Shown here: piece by piece, positions 41,643 through 55,820 of the stretch | Layout of the letters: every line of letters starts with the position of its first letter | How positions within the stretch are numbered: the stretch's first letter is position 1 | Assembly (NCBI GenBank): GCA_964016885.1 | Contig: OZ024754.1 | Span: 32,488,001-32,552,000, forward strand | DNA length: 64,000 nt | DNA from: Eledone cirrhosa | Lineage: Eukaryota | Direction of reading: 5' to 3' | The notes under the pieces: generated by a model | The model's input: only the letters and a program-made list of their open reading frames with translations | Databases searched by the model: none | What the model was told of the DNA's origin: nothing | Made by a program: the position numbers and the translations under genes

Positions 41643-43585
41643 GCGGTGGTGGATTGGTAGAGTCGTTAGAGAGTCAAACAAAATATTTTGCGGCGTTTAA
41701 TTACGACCATTTACGTTCTGAGTTCAAATCCCACGAGGTCAGTTTTACCTTTCATCCTTCCGGGGTCGATAAATTAAAGTATCAGTCTTGGGGCTGATAT
41801 AATCAACTTTTTCCCTTCCCCTAAATTTCTGACCTTGTGCCAATATTAAAGATTTTGTCATTGGATACATATGTGCCTTATTTAATTATTTCTACTTTTG
41901 GCACAAGGCCAGCAATTAACCAGTGAATTACTGGTACTTTATTTTATCGACTCCGTAAGGATGAAAGGCAAAGTTAACATCGGCGGGATTTGAACTCAGA
42001 CCGTAAAGGAACGTAACTCTGTGCTGCAAAGCATGGCGTCCGACCCTCTACCGATACTGCCAATCCACCACCTGTGCCTTATTTAATGGTAATATACCAT
42101 CGTGTTTTAACTTCAGAAATTGTGGTTGCTGACACTACCAATCCAACGCCCTAATAGTGGTTCCTAATATAGGCACAAGGCCAGCAATTTTGGGGGAGGC
42201 GAAAGTCGATTAAATCGAACCCCACTGCATTACTGGTACCTTATTTTATCGACTCCTTAAGGATGAAAAGCAAAGATAACCTCGGCTTCTGGAATAATGA
42301 TCACAAGGTGACAAATTGGCCGAGTCACTAGAACGTCGGTTAGAATGCTTTACGGCATTTGTTTCGACTGTCTACTCTCGATTTAATCGACTTTCCCCTC
42401 CCCCAAAATTGCTGACCATGTGCCTATATAAGAAACCATTATTAGGGCATGGATTGGCAGGATCGGTAGAAGGTCGGACGCCATGCTTTCCAGCATAGTT
42501 ACGTCCCTTTACGATCTGAGTTCAAATCCCGCCGAGGTTGACTTTGCCTTTCATCCTTACGGGGTCGATAAAATAAAGTACCAGTAATGCACTGGGTAAT
42601 TGCTGGCCTTGTGCCTAAAGTAGAAACAATTATTAGGGCATTGGATTGACAATATCGGTAGAGGGTCGGACGCCATGCTTTGACGCATAGAGTTACGGCC
42701 CTTTATGATCTAAGTTCAAATCCCGCCAAGGTTAACTTTGCTTTTCATCCTTACGGGGTCTCTGGAAGAAATCTGTTTTGTTCAGACCTGGAGAAGGATG
42801 GGCTCTGCCAGGCTTAAAATGCCCTAGAAACGCTATATGTCACTACGGAGCCACGGGACCATGCATGCAATAATTGTTTCTACTTTAGGCACAAGGCCAG
42901 CAAATTACCAGTGCATTACTGGTACTTTATTTTATCGACCCCGTAAGGATGAAAGGCAAAGTCAACGCATGAAATAATGATCACATTTATTTGCCACAAG
43001 GGGGTACTACAAGGACAGGTTATAAAGAGCATTGGTATGGATGGGTTGGCTGAGTCGGTAGAGTATCGGGAAAATGTGTTAGCAGTATTTATTGTGGATT
43101 TTTAACCCTTTAGCATTTATATTACTCTATATTTACTATTGTATTTTCACAGTAAAGACTTTATCTCACATAATATCTCACATAGTATCTCACATAATAT
43201 CGAATCTATGAGATTTTTATATTATTTATTTTGAGAACTATACCTTAACATCAGTATGAGCAGTCAGTTTAAACAGAAAGAGGTTAGAGAATTTTAGCCG
43301 GTTATGGCTGGTTTAAATGCTAAAGGGTTAAGATCTGAGTTCAAATCACACCGAGGTTAGCTTTGACTTTCATCTTTACGTGGCCAATAGAAGACTGTAC
43401 CAGCAACACATTGGGGTCCATTTAACTGACTTTCCTCTGCCCCCAAATTGTTGACCTTGGCCTAAATCAGAAACCAATATTGTTGTTGTTGTTTAGGGGG
43501 GGTGTATTGGTAGAATTGGTAGAGTGCTGGACAACATGCTTTGGGGGTATAGAGTTACGGCTGTTTACATTATGAGTTCAAATAT
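41643..43585. mobile_element. Dense cluster of about nine SINE copies or fragments in both orientations
   Basis: Copies near 41643+, 41885-, 42158-, 42317+, 42449+, 42642+, 42871-, 43043+, 43497+. Confidence 0.85.
43106..43327. mobile_element. piggyBac-type MITE inserted in a SINE
   Basis: TTAA duplications at 43102-43105 and 43328-43331; 14-bp TIRs ccctttagcattta/taaatgctaaaggg. Confidence 0.88.
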
Positions 43586-43647
43586 TCCACTACTACTACT
43601 ACTACTACTACTACTATTACTAATACTACTAACAGCATCACCACCCC

Positions 43648-43699
<52 letters not shown>

Positions 43700-43700
43700 T

Positions 43701-43734
<34 letters not shown>

Positions 43735-43747
43735 GCCACTACCACCG

Positions 43748-43801
<54 letters not shown>

Positions 43802-43835
43802 ACATTACTAACAGCACCACCACCCTACCACCACC

Positions 43836-43877
<42 letters not shown>

Positions 43878-43878
43878 G

Positions 43879-43937
<59 letters not shown>

Positions 43938-43938
43938 G

Positions 43939-44013
<75 letters not shown>

Positions 44014-44087
44014 ACACTACCACCACCACCACCACCACCACCACCACCACCACCACCACCACTACTACCACCACCACCACCACCACC

Positions 44088-44223
<136 letters not shown>

Positions 44224-44345
44224 ACACCACCAGTATCTAATTTTATTCATTTCATATTTATGAAAAGTTTATTTTTTTTCATCTTCATTCTCGGAAATTA
44301 TATATTTTTTTATATTTCTTTATTATTTGCGAGTATGTGTATGTA

Positions 44346-44377
<32 letters not shown>

Positions 44378-44582
44378 GGTGAGAGTAGAGTATATGTGTG
44401 TATGTGAGTATGTACACGTGTGAGAGTAAATGTGTGTATGTGAGTATGTACACATATGTGTAAGAGTGTGTGTGATTGAGGGTTTGAAGGTTTGTTACTC
44501 ATGCATAATAAAAAAAATAATGGACTCTTATTCATTTAAAAAAAAAGTTTTATCTTATATCATCACCATATATGTTTTTATG

Positions 44583-44678
<96 letters not shown>

Positions 44679-44711
44679 GTATAAATATAAATATATATAT
44701 ATATATATATT

Positions 44712-44817
<106 letters not shown>

Positions 44818-44844
44818 TACATATATGTATATAAATATATATAA

Positions 44845-44984
<140 letters not shown>

Positions 44985-45244
44985 GTATATATATTTATAT
45001 ATATACACACACACACATATATATACATATATATATATATTCTTTAGCAATAATGTCCTCAACTATTGGCGCATGTTCTTTAATTTATAATCGCTATACA
45101 TCAAATATCTTATACAAATACACACACACCCACTCTCTCACACACTCACACACACACACATCTCCCTATCTATACATCTATCTATCTATATCTATATATA
45201 ATTATACATATATATAAATATATATACATATATATATATATATT

Positions 45245-45310
<66 letters not shown>

Positions 45311-45448
45311 TATATATAATATTATATGTATATATATATACATATTATATATATATATATACATATTATAATGTTATATTATATATATATATATATATAT
45401 AGTATTATATATATATATACATATTATATATATATACATATTATAATG

Positions 45449-45530
<82 letters not shown>

Positions 45531-45568
45531 TATATATATAGTTATATATATTATATTATATATATATA

Positions 45569-45629
<61 letters not shown>

Positions 45630-45980
45630 GCGTGCATATATAACACGTAGCGGCCGATAGATGATATAGTTCTTATTGTATAAAATTAATTTATGTATTT
45701 TTATTTTATACACATTATTAATATATATATATGTGTGTGTGTATATATATATATATACACTCATTTATACTTTATATAAAGTACTAAAGTTTTATCTTTT
45801 CTGTCTACTTACACATGCGATCATATATACACAAATATATTCTACTTAATTAATATGAAATTTTTTCATTTCTCCCGCCCCTCTCTCACTTTATACACAC
45901 ATATATACATATACAAACATACACACATATATAAATATAAATATATACATATATATACATATATATATGTATATATATAA

Positions 45981-46069
<89 letters not shown>

Positions 46070-46542
46070 GTGTGTGTGTGTGTGTGTGTGTTTGTTACGT
46101 GCCTGTGTGTGTGCATGTGTGTATGTATATTTTGTTTGTTTGTCTTAGTTACTGGAATGCCGACATGCTGAGTATATCCTTCAAAGCTTTTACTCTATCA
46201 CATCCATACTAGTGCTTATATCATGGCATATATATGATAATTATCTTAACAATCTGTGTTTGTCCAACATCTAGTTGATGAGACACTAAAGGACACTATA
46301 GCATGTTATAAACGAGGACACACACACACATACACTCATATTTATTTATATATTGGGCTACGGCACAGCTTCCAACTACAAAATTCTGAAGGTACTTATC
46401 AACCTGAGAATACATGGAAAAACACCGTGTGGTGAGATCGAACGCAAAACCTCACGTATCTTTGCGAAACAAACTTATTAAAGACCCTGCAATGCCTGCG
46501 TATCACTCGCTCTCCTCCTCATCTCTCTCTCTACATAGATAT

Positions 46543-46688
46543 ATTTCTTTATTAGCCACAGGGGCACAAAAGAAGGGGACAAATACAAAGGGGGAAGTTT
46601 ACATACAATAAAAACGTGTAAACTGTTATCACAAATGGAATTTAAAAAGTTAGTCGAATTTCCCCAATAGAGGGAGACAGTTTATATT
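46543..46688 (-). mobile_element. 3' fragment of the Tx1-like LINE with target-site duplication
   Basis: 3' UTR homology to 36791-36862; tctctctctacatagata on both flanks. Confidence 0.82.
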
Positions 46689-46743
46689 TCTCTCTCTACA
46701 TAGATAGATGGAGAGATAGACATGCATGCATATAGATAGATTA

Positions 46744-46806
<63 letters not shown>

Positions 46807-46809
46807 CTT

Positions 46810-46865
<56 letters not shown>

Positions 46866-46869
<4 letters not shown>

Positions 46870-47137
46870 GTTTCTACTTTTGGCACAAGGCCAGCAATTA
46901 CCCAGTGTATTACTGGTACTTTATTTTATCGACCCCGTAAGGATGAAAGGCAAAGTCAACCTCGGCGGGATTTGAACTCAGATCGTAAAGGGACGTAACT
47001 ATGCTGGAAAGCATGGCGTCCGACCCTCTACCGATACTGCCAATCCACCGCCCTTTATATATATAATTGTTTCTACTTTAGGCACAAGGCCAGCAATTAC
47101 CCAGAGTGCATTACTGGTACTTTATTTTATCGACCCC
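46866..47137 (-). mobile_element. One full and one truncated SINE
   Basis: Reverse complement of the family consensus. Confidence 0.88.
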
Positions 47138-47267
47138 ATATAATGGTAGATAGATCGAGATATAAGTATAGAAAGATATTCGATATAGATATATATAGAG
47201 ATATATTTCTTTATTTGCCAATTTAGATAGAAGGATAGAAGGATAGATAGGTTAGATAGATAGATAT

Positions 47268-47312
<45 letters not shown>

Positions 47313-47313
<1 letters not shown>

Positions 47314-47933
47314 TTCTCTATTTACCATAAAGGCATAAAAAGAAGGGACAAATACAAAGGGGGAGTTTACATATAATCGAGTAAAAAGGGTGTAACATGA
47401 AAATAATCGAAAATAACCTCAAAAGGGAGGGGACGTGATGGGGGTTGCACACACCCCTGAAAAAGTGTGCAATCCTTTGCCCGGGGAGCACATGGAGAAG
47501 GTGCTCCCCTCTCCTTTACTTCTTTACCTACAGGATGGTATACAGAGAAGGCCCATTTACACGAGCCATTCTCGCCACTATCACCCACCTTTCATAAAAC
47601 TGCCTGTGGCCAAGCACCTCTCTCTCCATTCTTATCCTTCTTCCGAAGTGATATCGGAAGAAGTAGACCAGACTATGGCCAGAGAGGAAGTTGCCTGACC
47701 TCAGACCTTTCAATCGTGTCCACCAAACAACCTCTTTCAACATGGCTATTACGCACAGAAAAACCGCCTTTGCTTCCTTTGTGAAGAGGGGAGGCGGTTT
47801 GATTGTCATCACGGACTCGGCGGTCAATTTAATCGGCGCCACCCGCGACAGCAGTCGTTCGGCGTAGCCCCACAGATCAGCCACGCCCGGACATTGCACC
47901 AATGCGTGCGCAACGGTTTCTTCGTGACGCACG
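47313..47933 (-). mobile_element. Second 5'-truncated Tx1-like LINE copy (diverged subfamily) in (GATA)n
   Basis: ORF 47528-47932 aligns ungapped with the C-terminal ~130 aa of the 6918-9524 ORF at roughly 75-80% identity by eye; GATA repeats on both sides. Confidence 0.92.
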
Positions 47934-48524
47934 GATAGATAGATATATAGATAGATAGATAGATAGATAGATGGATAGATAGATGGAAATATAGATAAAT
48001 AGATAGGTTAGATAGATAGATAGATAGATAGATAGAAAGATAGAAATATAGATAGAGATAGATGGATGGATAGATAGATAAATAGAAAGATATAAAGATA
48101 GAAAGATAGAAAGATAGATAGATAAAGAGATAGATAACTCGTTTCATTCTCTCTTCCTGCCATCCATAGCAGAAAGCAACGCCCGTATTAAAGATTAAAG
48201 AACCATGGAGGGCCTGGCTAAAAGCTTCGAATTAAATTCTTATAAAGATTTGTTACGGGTTGTATAGATAAGATTATTAAATGTAAATAGCTTAATATTA
48301 TTGGTAATTGCTCTCAGCACATTGCTAATGTATATGTACATATAGACGTACATACACACATACTCACACACGTACACATGTACACACACATATACACACA
48401 CGTACACATATGTATACACAGAGCTACACATGCAGCTACACAGACAAGTCCATACACACGTACACATATTTACACACGCACAAGCACATACATAAATGGC
48501 CACATATAATATAAAACGGCAGCA

Positions 48525-48684
<160 letters not shown>

Positions 48685-48983
48685 AAATGTTTCTCATTTT
48701 ATGTATGAGATTATACGCTTCAATGAATTTCATATTATTTTATATATGGGCGTGGATTTCTCTATATACATAAATACAGAGGTGTATGTGTAATTGTATG
48801 TATGTATGTATGTATGTATGTATGTATGTATGTATGTATGTATGTATGTATGTATGTGTGTATGCATGTATGAAAGTATGTATGTATGTATATATGTTTG
48901 TGTGTATATGTGTGTATATGTGTGTGTAAGTATGTACGTAAGTGCATATTTATGTATGAGATTCATGTGCATTAGCATACATA

Positions 48984-49021
<38 letters not shown>

Positions 49022-49193
49022 TGCGTGAGACTATGGATGTGCAGTCACATGGTCGTGTGTGTGTGTGTGTGTGCGTGTGTGTGTGTGTGTGCCTTGTCAA
49101 TGTAGGAGTGGTTTAGTGTCAGTTAGTGTGGACATGTGTGTCCAAGAATGTATGTCTGCGATTGCATACGTATATATCTACATGTGCACGAGC

Positions 49194-49236
<43 letters not shown>

Positions 49237-49250
49237 CATACATACATAAT

Positions 49251-49288
<38 letters not shown>

Positions 49289-49315
49289 CATATATGTATG
49301 TATATATATACATAC

Positions 49316-49363
<48 letters not shown>

Positions 49364-49415
49364 TATATATACATATATGTATGTATATGTATATATATAT
49401 ATATACATATATATA

Positions 49416-49629
49416 CTCGAGGGCGGCTGACGGGGCTAGAAGCTGCTAAATGTTCGGCCGCCCTCATGTCTCTGATTTTCAGCCCCATGGATTTTGTCTA
49501 TTATATTCCTTTGTAAAATTTCGAATACCTGATGATGTCACCGGATTCATACTGAACCCAGTCACTGAAATGATCATAGTATAATAAACCTTTTAATGAA
49601 GAAGTACACCAGTCCAGCCTCCTGTTATT

Positions 49630-49637
<8 letters not shown>
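49416..49637 (+). mobile_element. Family C hammerhead-carrying short element in (TA)n
   Basis: Homologous to 54468-54670; both end in ccagtccagcctcctgttattttataat. Confidence 0.82.
49525..49582 (+). ncRNA. Minimal type-I hammerhead ribozyme, family C
   Basis: atac CUGAUGA(49529) stem II GAAA(49567) ugauca UA gtat; palindromic stem III. Confidence 0.85.
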
Positions 49638-49688
<51 letters not shown>

Positions 49689-49691
<3 letters not shown>

Positions 49692-50114
49692 AATATCTTT
49701 AAGTCGTTTGGAAGCCTCGACAATGCAAATGGGTAAATGTCCGGGTAACAAGATCCGGTGGTGGAGAGAGAGATGTAAGTGGGTGTACGTTGAGATGCGT
49801 GGTGTGTAAAGATGTGTAAATGTGTAGAAGAAAGAAGGGAAGAGTATAAAGGATAAAATAAAAATAACAACACAAGAGAGAGTTACCTTGGGAGGGACTA
49901 TTAAATCTCTCCCAAGGTAACTCTCTCTTGTGTTGTTATTTTTATTTTATCCTTTATACTCTTCCCTTCTTTCTTCTACACATTTACACATCTTTACACA
50001 CCACGCATCTCAACGTACACCCACTTACATCTCTCTCTCCACCACCGGATCTTGTTACCCGGAGATTTACCCATTTGCATTGTCGAGGCTTCCAAACGAC
50101 TTAAAGATATTTAC
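49689..50114. repeat. Near-perfect inverted repeat with ~206-bp arms and ~14-nt spacer
   Basis: Mirror ORFs 49625-49873 (-) and 49930-50172 (+) are nearly identical; one mismatch seen. Confidence 0.93.
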
Positions 50115-50169
50115 TTATTATTCCACAATGCTTCAAGCAAACTTCAATACTCTCTTATATATATATATA

Positions 50170-50361
50170 TAACGAAGGAAATGTGGCAAGGAACCAGATG
50201 GACCATAACGCACCAAAGTACTCGATACTTAGGGTAGTAGAGTTGGTAATAGAAATAAGTAGGACTCTGACGGCTGAGCTCAAGCCGTTTCGACGGCTAT
50301 TTCTGAGTCCAGAATTAGCCGTCGAAACGGCTTGAGCTCAGCCGTCGTGGTCCTACTTGTT

Positions 50362-50365
<4 letters not shown>
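50170..50365 (-). mobile_element. Family A fold-back element, reverse orientation
   Basis: Palindrome ~50249-50365 plus a tail homologous to 11853-11934. Confidence 0.85.
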
Positions 50366-50447
<82 letters not shown>

Positions 50448-50462
50448 AATAACAGGAGGCTG

Positions 50463-50501
<39 letters not shown>

Positions 50502-50593
50502 AATAACAGGAGGCTATATATATATATGTATATATATATATTAAAATAACAGATTAAAGTTTAAGCAAAGAATCGCTGCTTTCACCCATAACT

Positions 50594-50646
50594 AAGTTTC
50601 AGAAGATCCCATTAAGGGTGAAAGCAGCGATTCTTTGCTTAAACTT
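50594..50646 (+). ncRNA. Hammerhead-like motif with variant core CAGAAGA (family D)
   Basis: aagttt CAGAAGA tccc-attaa-gggt GAAA gca...tgc UU aaactt; all three stems pair; second copy on minus at 51653-51703. Confidence 0.6.
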
Positions 50647-50752
50647 TAATCTGTTATTTTAATAAATATTTGCTCTACGGTTCTTATATATTTGATATAT
50701 ATTTATCCTTATCGAGCCCTCTTTGGATTTTATTCTTCAAATTTATTATTAT

Positions 50753-50863
<111 letters not shown>

Positions 50864-51017
50864 TGTTATACTTTGGGAGGGTCATGTTGCCAATAAGAAA
50901 CACACGCACCAGTTGCTTTCACTTCAATTTATTATATATTTATAAATTTACAAATTTATAAATTTATAAATTTCTGGTTGGTTGGTTGGTTCCACAACCA
51001 GATAGTTGTATATATAT

Positions 51018-51062
51018 AGTCATAGTCCTTTCGTCACACACTCTGTGACCTCTTCAGTGACT
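51018..51062 (-). ncRNA. Type-I hammerhead motif, family B, mirror copy
   Basis: Reverse complement of 51180-51224. Confidence 0.75.
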
Positions 51063-51179
51063 GGGGATTCCTTTCTTTGTCTCCTACGCCATTTTGTTTC
51101 TGTGTGTGTCACACACACAGAAACAAAATGGCGTAGGACAGAACAAAGGAGAGGCACGGAGACAAAGAAAGGAATCCCC

Positions 51180-51224
51180 AGTCACTGAAGAGGTCACAGA
51201 GTGTGTGACGAAAGGACTATGACT
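51180..51224 (+). ncRNA. Type-I hammerhead motif, family B
   Basis: agtca CUGAAGA g gtcaca-gagtg-tgtgac GAAA ggac UA tgact. Confidence 0.78.
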
Positions 51225-51436
51225 ATATATAAACAACTATCTGGTTGTGGAACCAACCAACCAACCAGAAATTTATAAATTTATAAATTTGTAAATTTAT
51301 AAATATATAATAAATTGAAGTGAAAGCAACTGGTGCGTGTGTTTCTTATTGGCAACATGACCCTCCCAAAGTATAACAATATTGGTTTCAACACACGATT
51401 TCAGATAAAGAATCTTGCTAAACAAATTCAGAAACG

Positions 51437-51522
<86 letters not shown>

Positions 51523-51652
51523 ATATATATATATATATATATAGTAATAATAATAAAATTGAAGACTAAAATCCAAAGAGGGCTCGATAAGGAAAATATA
51601 TATCAAATATATAAGAACCGTAGAGCAAATATTTATTAAAATAACAGATTAA

Positions 51653-51703
51653 AGTTTAAGCAAAGAATCGCTGCTTTCACCCTTAACGGGATCTTCTGAA
51701 ACT
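51653..51703 (-). ncRNA. Hammerhead-like motif, family D, second copy
   Basis: agttt CAGAAGA tccc-gttaa-gggt GAAA gca...tgc UU aaact. Confidence 0.55.
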
Positions 51704-52043
51704 AACAAAGTCAATCTGTAAACGCAGAACTGGATATTTCAAAAAACGTTGCAACCGGAGGAAGACAGGAAGACGATACTTTGGTTCGTGGTAACGTTCG
51801 CTGGCAAAGAACGGGAAAAAACGAATAATACGCCCTCCCAAAGTATAACAATATCGGTTTCAACACACGATTTCAGATAAAGAATCTTGCTAAACAAATT
51901 CAGAAACGGAATAATACGTCATTAATAGGAGCGGTGAAAAACAATTACGCGCAAAGACAAAACCACGTTTATGGTATAAAAGAGGTCGTAGACTAATGTT
52001 CTCTTAGGTATATATTCAAGTATATATATATATATATACATGT

Positions 52044-52141
<98 letters not shown>

Positions 52142-52528
52142 ACATGTATATATATATATATATATACTCGAATATTTAACTTGTGGTACATATGCCTGAA
52201 AGCCTGATTATAATGTAAATATATAAAAGTGCTTGTTCCGAGTCTTGTATGTGTATATTAGCTTGTTTACACAAGTATGTGTGGCATGTGTGTTCATTCG
52301 TGTGCAAGTGTGCATGTGTATGTGGGTATGCTCATGTGTGTGTGTGTATGCTCATGTGTGTGTACATGTGTGTGATGTGTGTATGCATATGTGTGTATGC
52401 ACATGTCGGCACGTTAAAACAGCTGTTTGATTTAGGAAGAAGTGTATTTACACGGTGTGCTGTATATTTGCAAATCTATTCAACTACAAACATAAAGGGC
52501 GTTATGCGTGCATGCATACATACATACA

Positions 52529-52560
<32 letters not shown>

Positions 52561-52635
52561 CATACATATATTCATACATGTATAAATTGCATACACACAT
52601 ACATACATTCATTCATTTATCCATACACACAATAA

Positions 52636-52714
<79 letters not shown>

Positions 52715-53456
52715 GTATACAAACACACACAGATATATATACATGTATATATATATATATAGGAAACTTAACAAAGAGAAGACGAGACAACGAAAAAACA
52801 AATCAAAACGAAAAATAATGTTTGGAAGGGGAAAACTTAAAATGTTATCTTTTACAAATAAAAATACATACGAAAGACTGACAACTCTAGGGTCTTCAGC
52901 CGTTAAGATGGGCTTTGGCAATTTCGACCCCTTCCCAACGGTGCTGCTGGTCCACCCGGGGTCACACCGTCGGACACAAGACAAAGAGCTGTCCATGGAG
53001 TAAGAGACAAGACAAAACAATAATTTATAGCAATTAAGCCATGACAAGTAAACATAACATTTTATGTGACGTCAGGGTGAAGGTTTTATAGCACGAGCGT
53101 CTCCTGAAACAAAAAAAAAAAAAAAAAAAAAAAAGAAAAAAGGTAATAGGAAGGGAAATGGCAAGGAGAAGAAAGTAAGATTTAGTGTTAAATGTAAATT
53201 ATATTAGCCTTAACGTAATATGGGGTTTTAACAGTGTTTGACTCGGCTGGCTTTTGAAGAACGGGCACAACTCATTTTTTTTCAAGTAAACTAACTGGAT
53301 CAACGTGACATAATTCTTTTTTGTTCAAAGACAAAACTTGTTGCCGGGAATGGAACTCACGTGTATATAGATACGTAGATACATATATACACACATACAT
53401 AATACATACATACAAATACACACACACCCACACACACACATATATATATAAACAAT

Positions 53457-53774
53457 ATATGAAAAGATTCAGGACGGCTGAGTTCCGGTCGTTTCGACAG
53501 CTAGATCCGAACTAAGCTACCAGTATGTCGAAACGACCGGAGCTCAGCCATTGGGGTCCTGAATCTTTTCATATTACCCAATCTACTACCCCAAATATCG
53601 AGCACTCTGGTGCGTTATGGTCCACCTGGCATCTTACCACACCCTCTTTGTTATATATATATATATATGGGAGAGTGTTGAAGTTTGCTAGAAGCATTGT
53701 GGAATAATAAAATTGGTCGCTTTGGAAGCCGGATAACAGAATCAGGTGTTAATGAGAGAGAGAGAGAACGAGAG

Positions 53775-53837
<63 letters not shown>

Positions 53838-53915
53838 TGTAGAATGAGACGTAGAGGGTGTAGTGGAACGTAGGAAAAGTGTAAAAATAACACAAGATAG
53901 AGTTACCTTGGAAGT
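53457..53915 (+). mobile_element. Diverged family A fold-back element plus a downstream module homologous to 49689-50155
   Basis: Imperfect palindrome 53457-53574, tail to 53653, (TA)n, then gagagtgttgaagtttgc...gagttaccttgg. Confidence 0.78.
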
Positions 53916-54467
53916 GATTTAATTGTCCCTATATTTCGGATTTCGTATCCATCAACTGGGGATTTTCCGAAGGGAAAAAGCTTTTTGCCGGAGAGGGACA
54001 TATATATACATTTATATCAATTGACAACCAAAAGGTATGCGTTTCAACTTTAATATTAATACATAATAGTAAAGCCTCCCCAGGGCATTACTCCGGGGCT
54101 TAGATGACGCGAGTCCCAAACAAATACAAGAATCTTAGTCAAATCAGTAAACAAATTGAAGAGGGTTTGTATAGAAATAAACAAAAAAGTTGCTTATTTG
54201 TGCTAAATAGGCCGGGTTTTTTCCAGCAACAAGAAATGAGGTTTTTTTGAAAAGATTTTTGAAAAGGAAAAATGTTTTTTTTTTCCCGGAGAGACACATG
54301 CAAAGTAATTGATTAACTAGTCCTGGGCCTTTTTGGCAACAAGCGATTGGTAAGAAACCGGTATCATACCCAATTTATTCACCTCCTATATAGTATATAT
54401 AAAAAAATTAGGACCCCACGGCTGAGCTCTTGCCGTTTGCACACACACACACACACACAAGTATAGG

Positions 54468-54670
54468 GTAGAAGATGCTGAAGGTTCGGTCGCCCTCATG
54501 TCTCTGATTTTTCAGCCCCATGGTTGTTGTCTATTGTATTCCTATGTTATATTTCAAATACCTGATGATGTCACCGGATTCATACTGAACCCGGTCATTG
54601 AAATGATCATAGTATAATAAACCTTTCAAGGAAGAAGTACACCAGTCCAGCCTCCTGTTATTTTTATAAT
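54468..54670 (+). mobile_element. Family C element, second copy
   Basis: High similarity to 49436-49637. Confidence 0.82.
54558..54615 (+). ncRNA. Minimal type-I hammerhead ribozyme, family C
   Basis: atac CUGAUGA(54562) ...accgg-attca-tac-tgaa-cccggt... GAAA(54600) ugauca UA gtat. Confidence 0.85.
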
Positions 54671-54945
54671 ATATATATATATATATAATTGGGGAGGGTC
54701 ATAATGTTACAATATTGCCAGAAATAATAATAAAACACACTCACTGTTTGGTTTGGATTGGTTTTCGCTTCTGTATATTCTATATCCCTATAGTTAATTT
54801 AGCTGGGAATTAATGATTATCATTGATTGACCAACGGTTAATATATATATATATAAATATACTCATATTACCCACTCTACTACCCTAGGTATTGAGTACT
54901 TTGGTGCGTTATGGTGCACCTGATTTCCTTACCACTTTTCCTTCG

Positions 54946-54998
<53 letters not shown>

Positions 54999-55069
54999 TG
55001 GTCACACAACAGTTAGTTCACCATACCGAGAACAATTGTTTCACCTTAGCGGATCCTCAGCTCGTAATG

Positions 55070-55283
55070 GTCGATTAGATCGACCCCAATGCATTACTGG
55101 TACTTTATTTTATCGACCCTGTAAGGATGAAATGCAAAGTTAATCTCGGCGGGATTTTGAACTCTGAACACAAAGGGCCGTAACTCTATCTTGCAAAGCA
55201 TGGCGTCTGACGCTCTACCGATACTGTTAATTGAAGAAGAAGAAGAAGAAGAAGAAGAAGAAGAAGAAGAAGAAGAAGAAGAA

Positions 55284-55314
<31 letters not shown>

Positions 55315-55590
55315 AAGAAGAAGAACGTAAAGGTATGTAACTCAATACTGCAAAGAATGGTGTCCGACCCTCTACCGATTTTGCCAAACTACCTATAATA
55401 ATAACTGTTTCTATTTTTGGCACAAGAGCAGCAAATACCGAGTACATTACTGGTACTTTATTTTATCGAACCCGTAAGGATGAAGGGCAAAGTTAACCTC
55501 GGCGGGATTTGAACTTTAGATCATAAAGGGAGGTAACTCTATGCTTCAAAGCATGGTGTCTGACTCTCTACCGATACTGCCAATCCACCG
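55070..55590 (-). mobile_element. SINE cluster with a (GAA)n tract
   Basis: Reverse complement of the family consensus. Confidence 0.85.
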
Positions 55591-55820
55591 TCAATCTACC
55601 TATAATAATAATAACAACAACAACAAACTAATAAGGCCTCAACAATAGCAACAATAATGGCAACAACAACATTATTTTGTTTGCAGCCCTGGTTCTGTCT
55701 TGTATTTTAGCATCTTTATGAGTTATCTGTGATTATGTGTGTAGGTATAGCTTAGTGTGTGTGTGAGGGTATGAGTGTGTTTCTCAATGTGTATGTATGT
55801 ATCTATGTATGTATGTATGT

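Noticed and set aside
53920-54440. Distinct element in a homopolymer-rich segment
   Set aside because: No interpretable structure apart from a degraded family A arm at its end; may be low-quality sequence.
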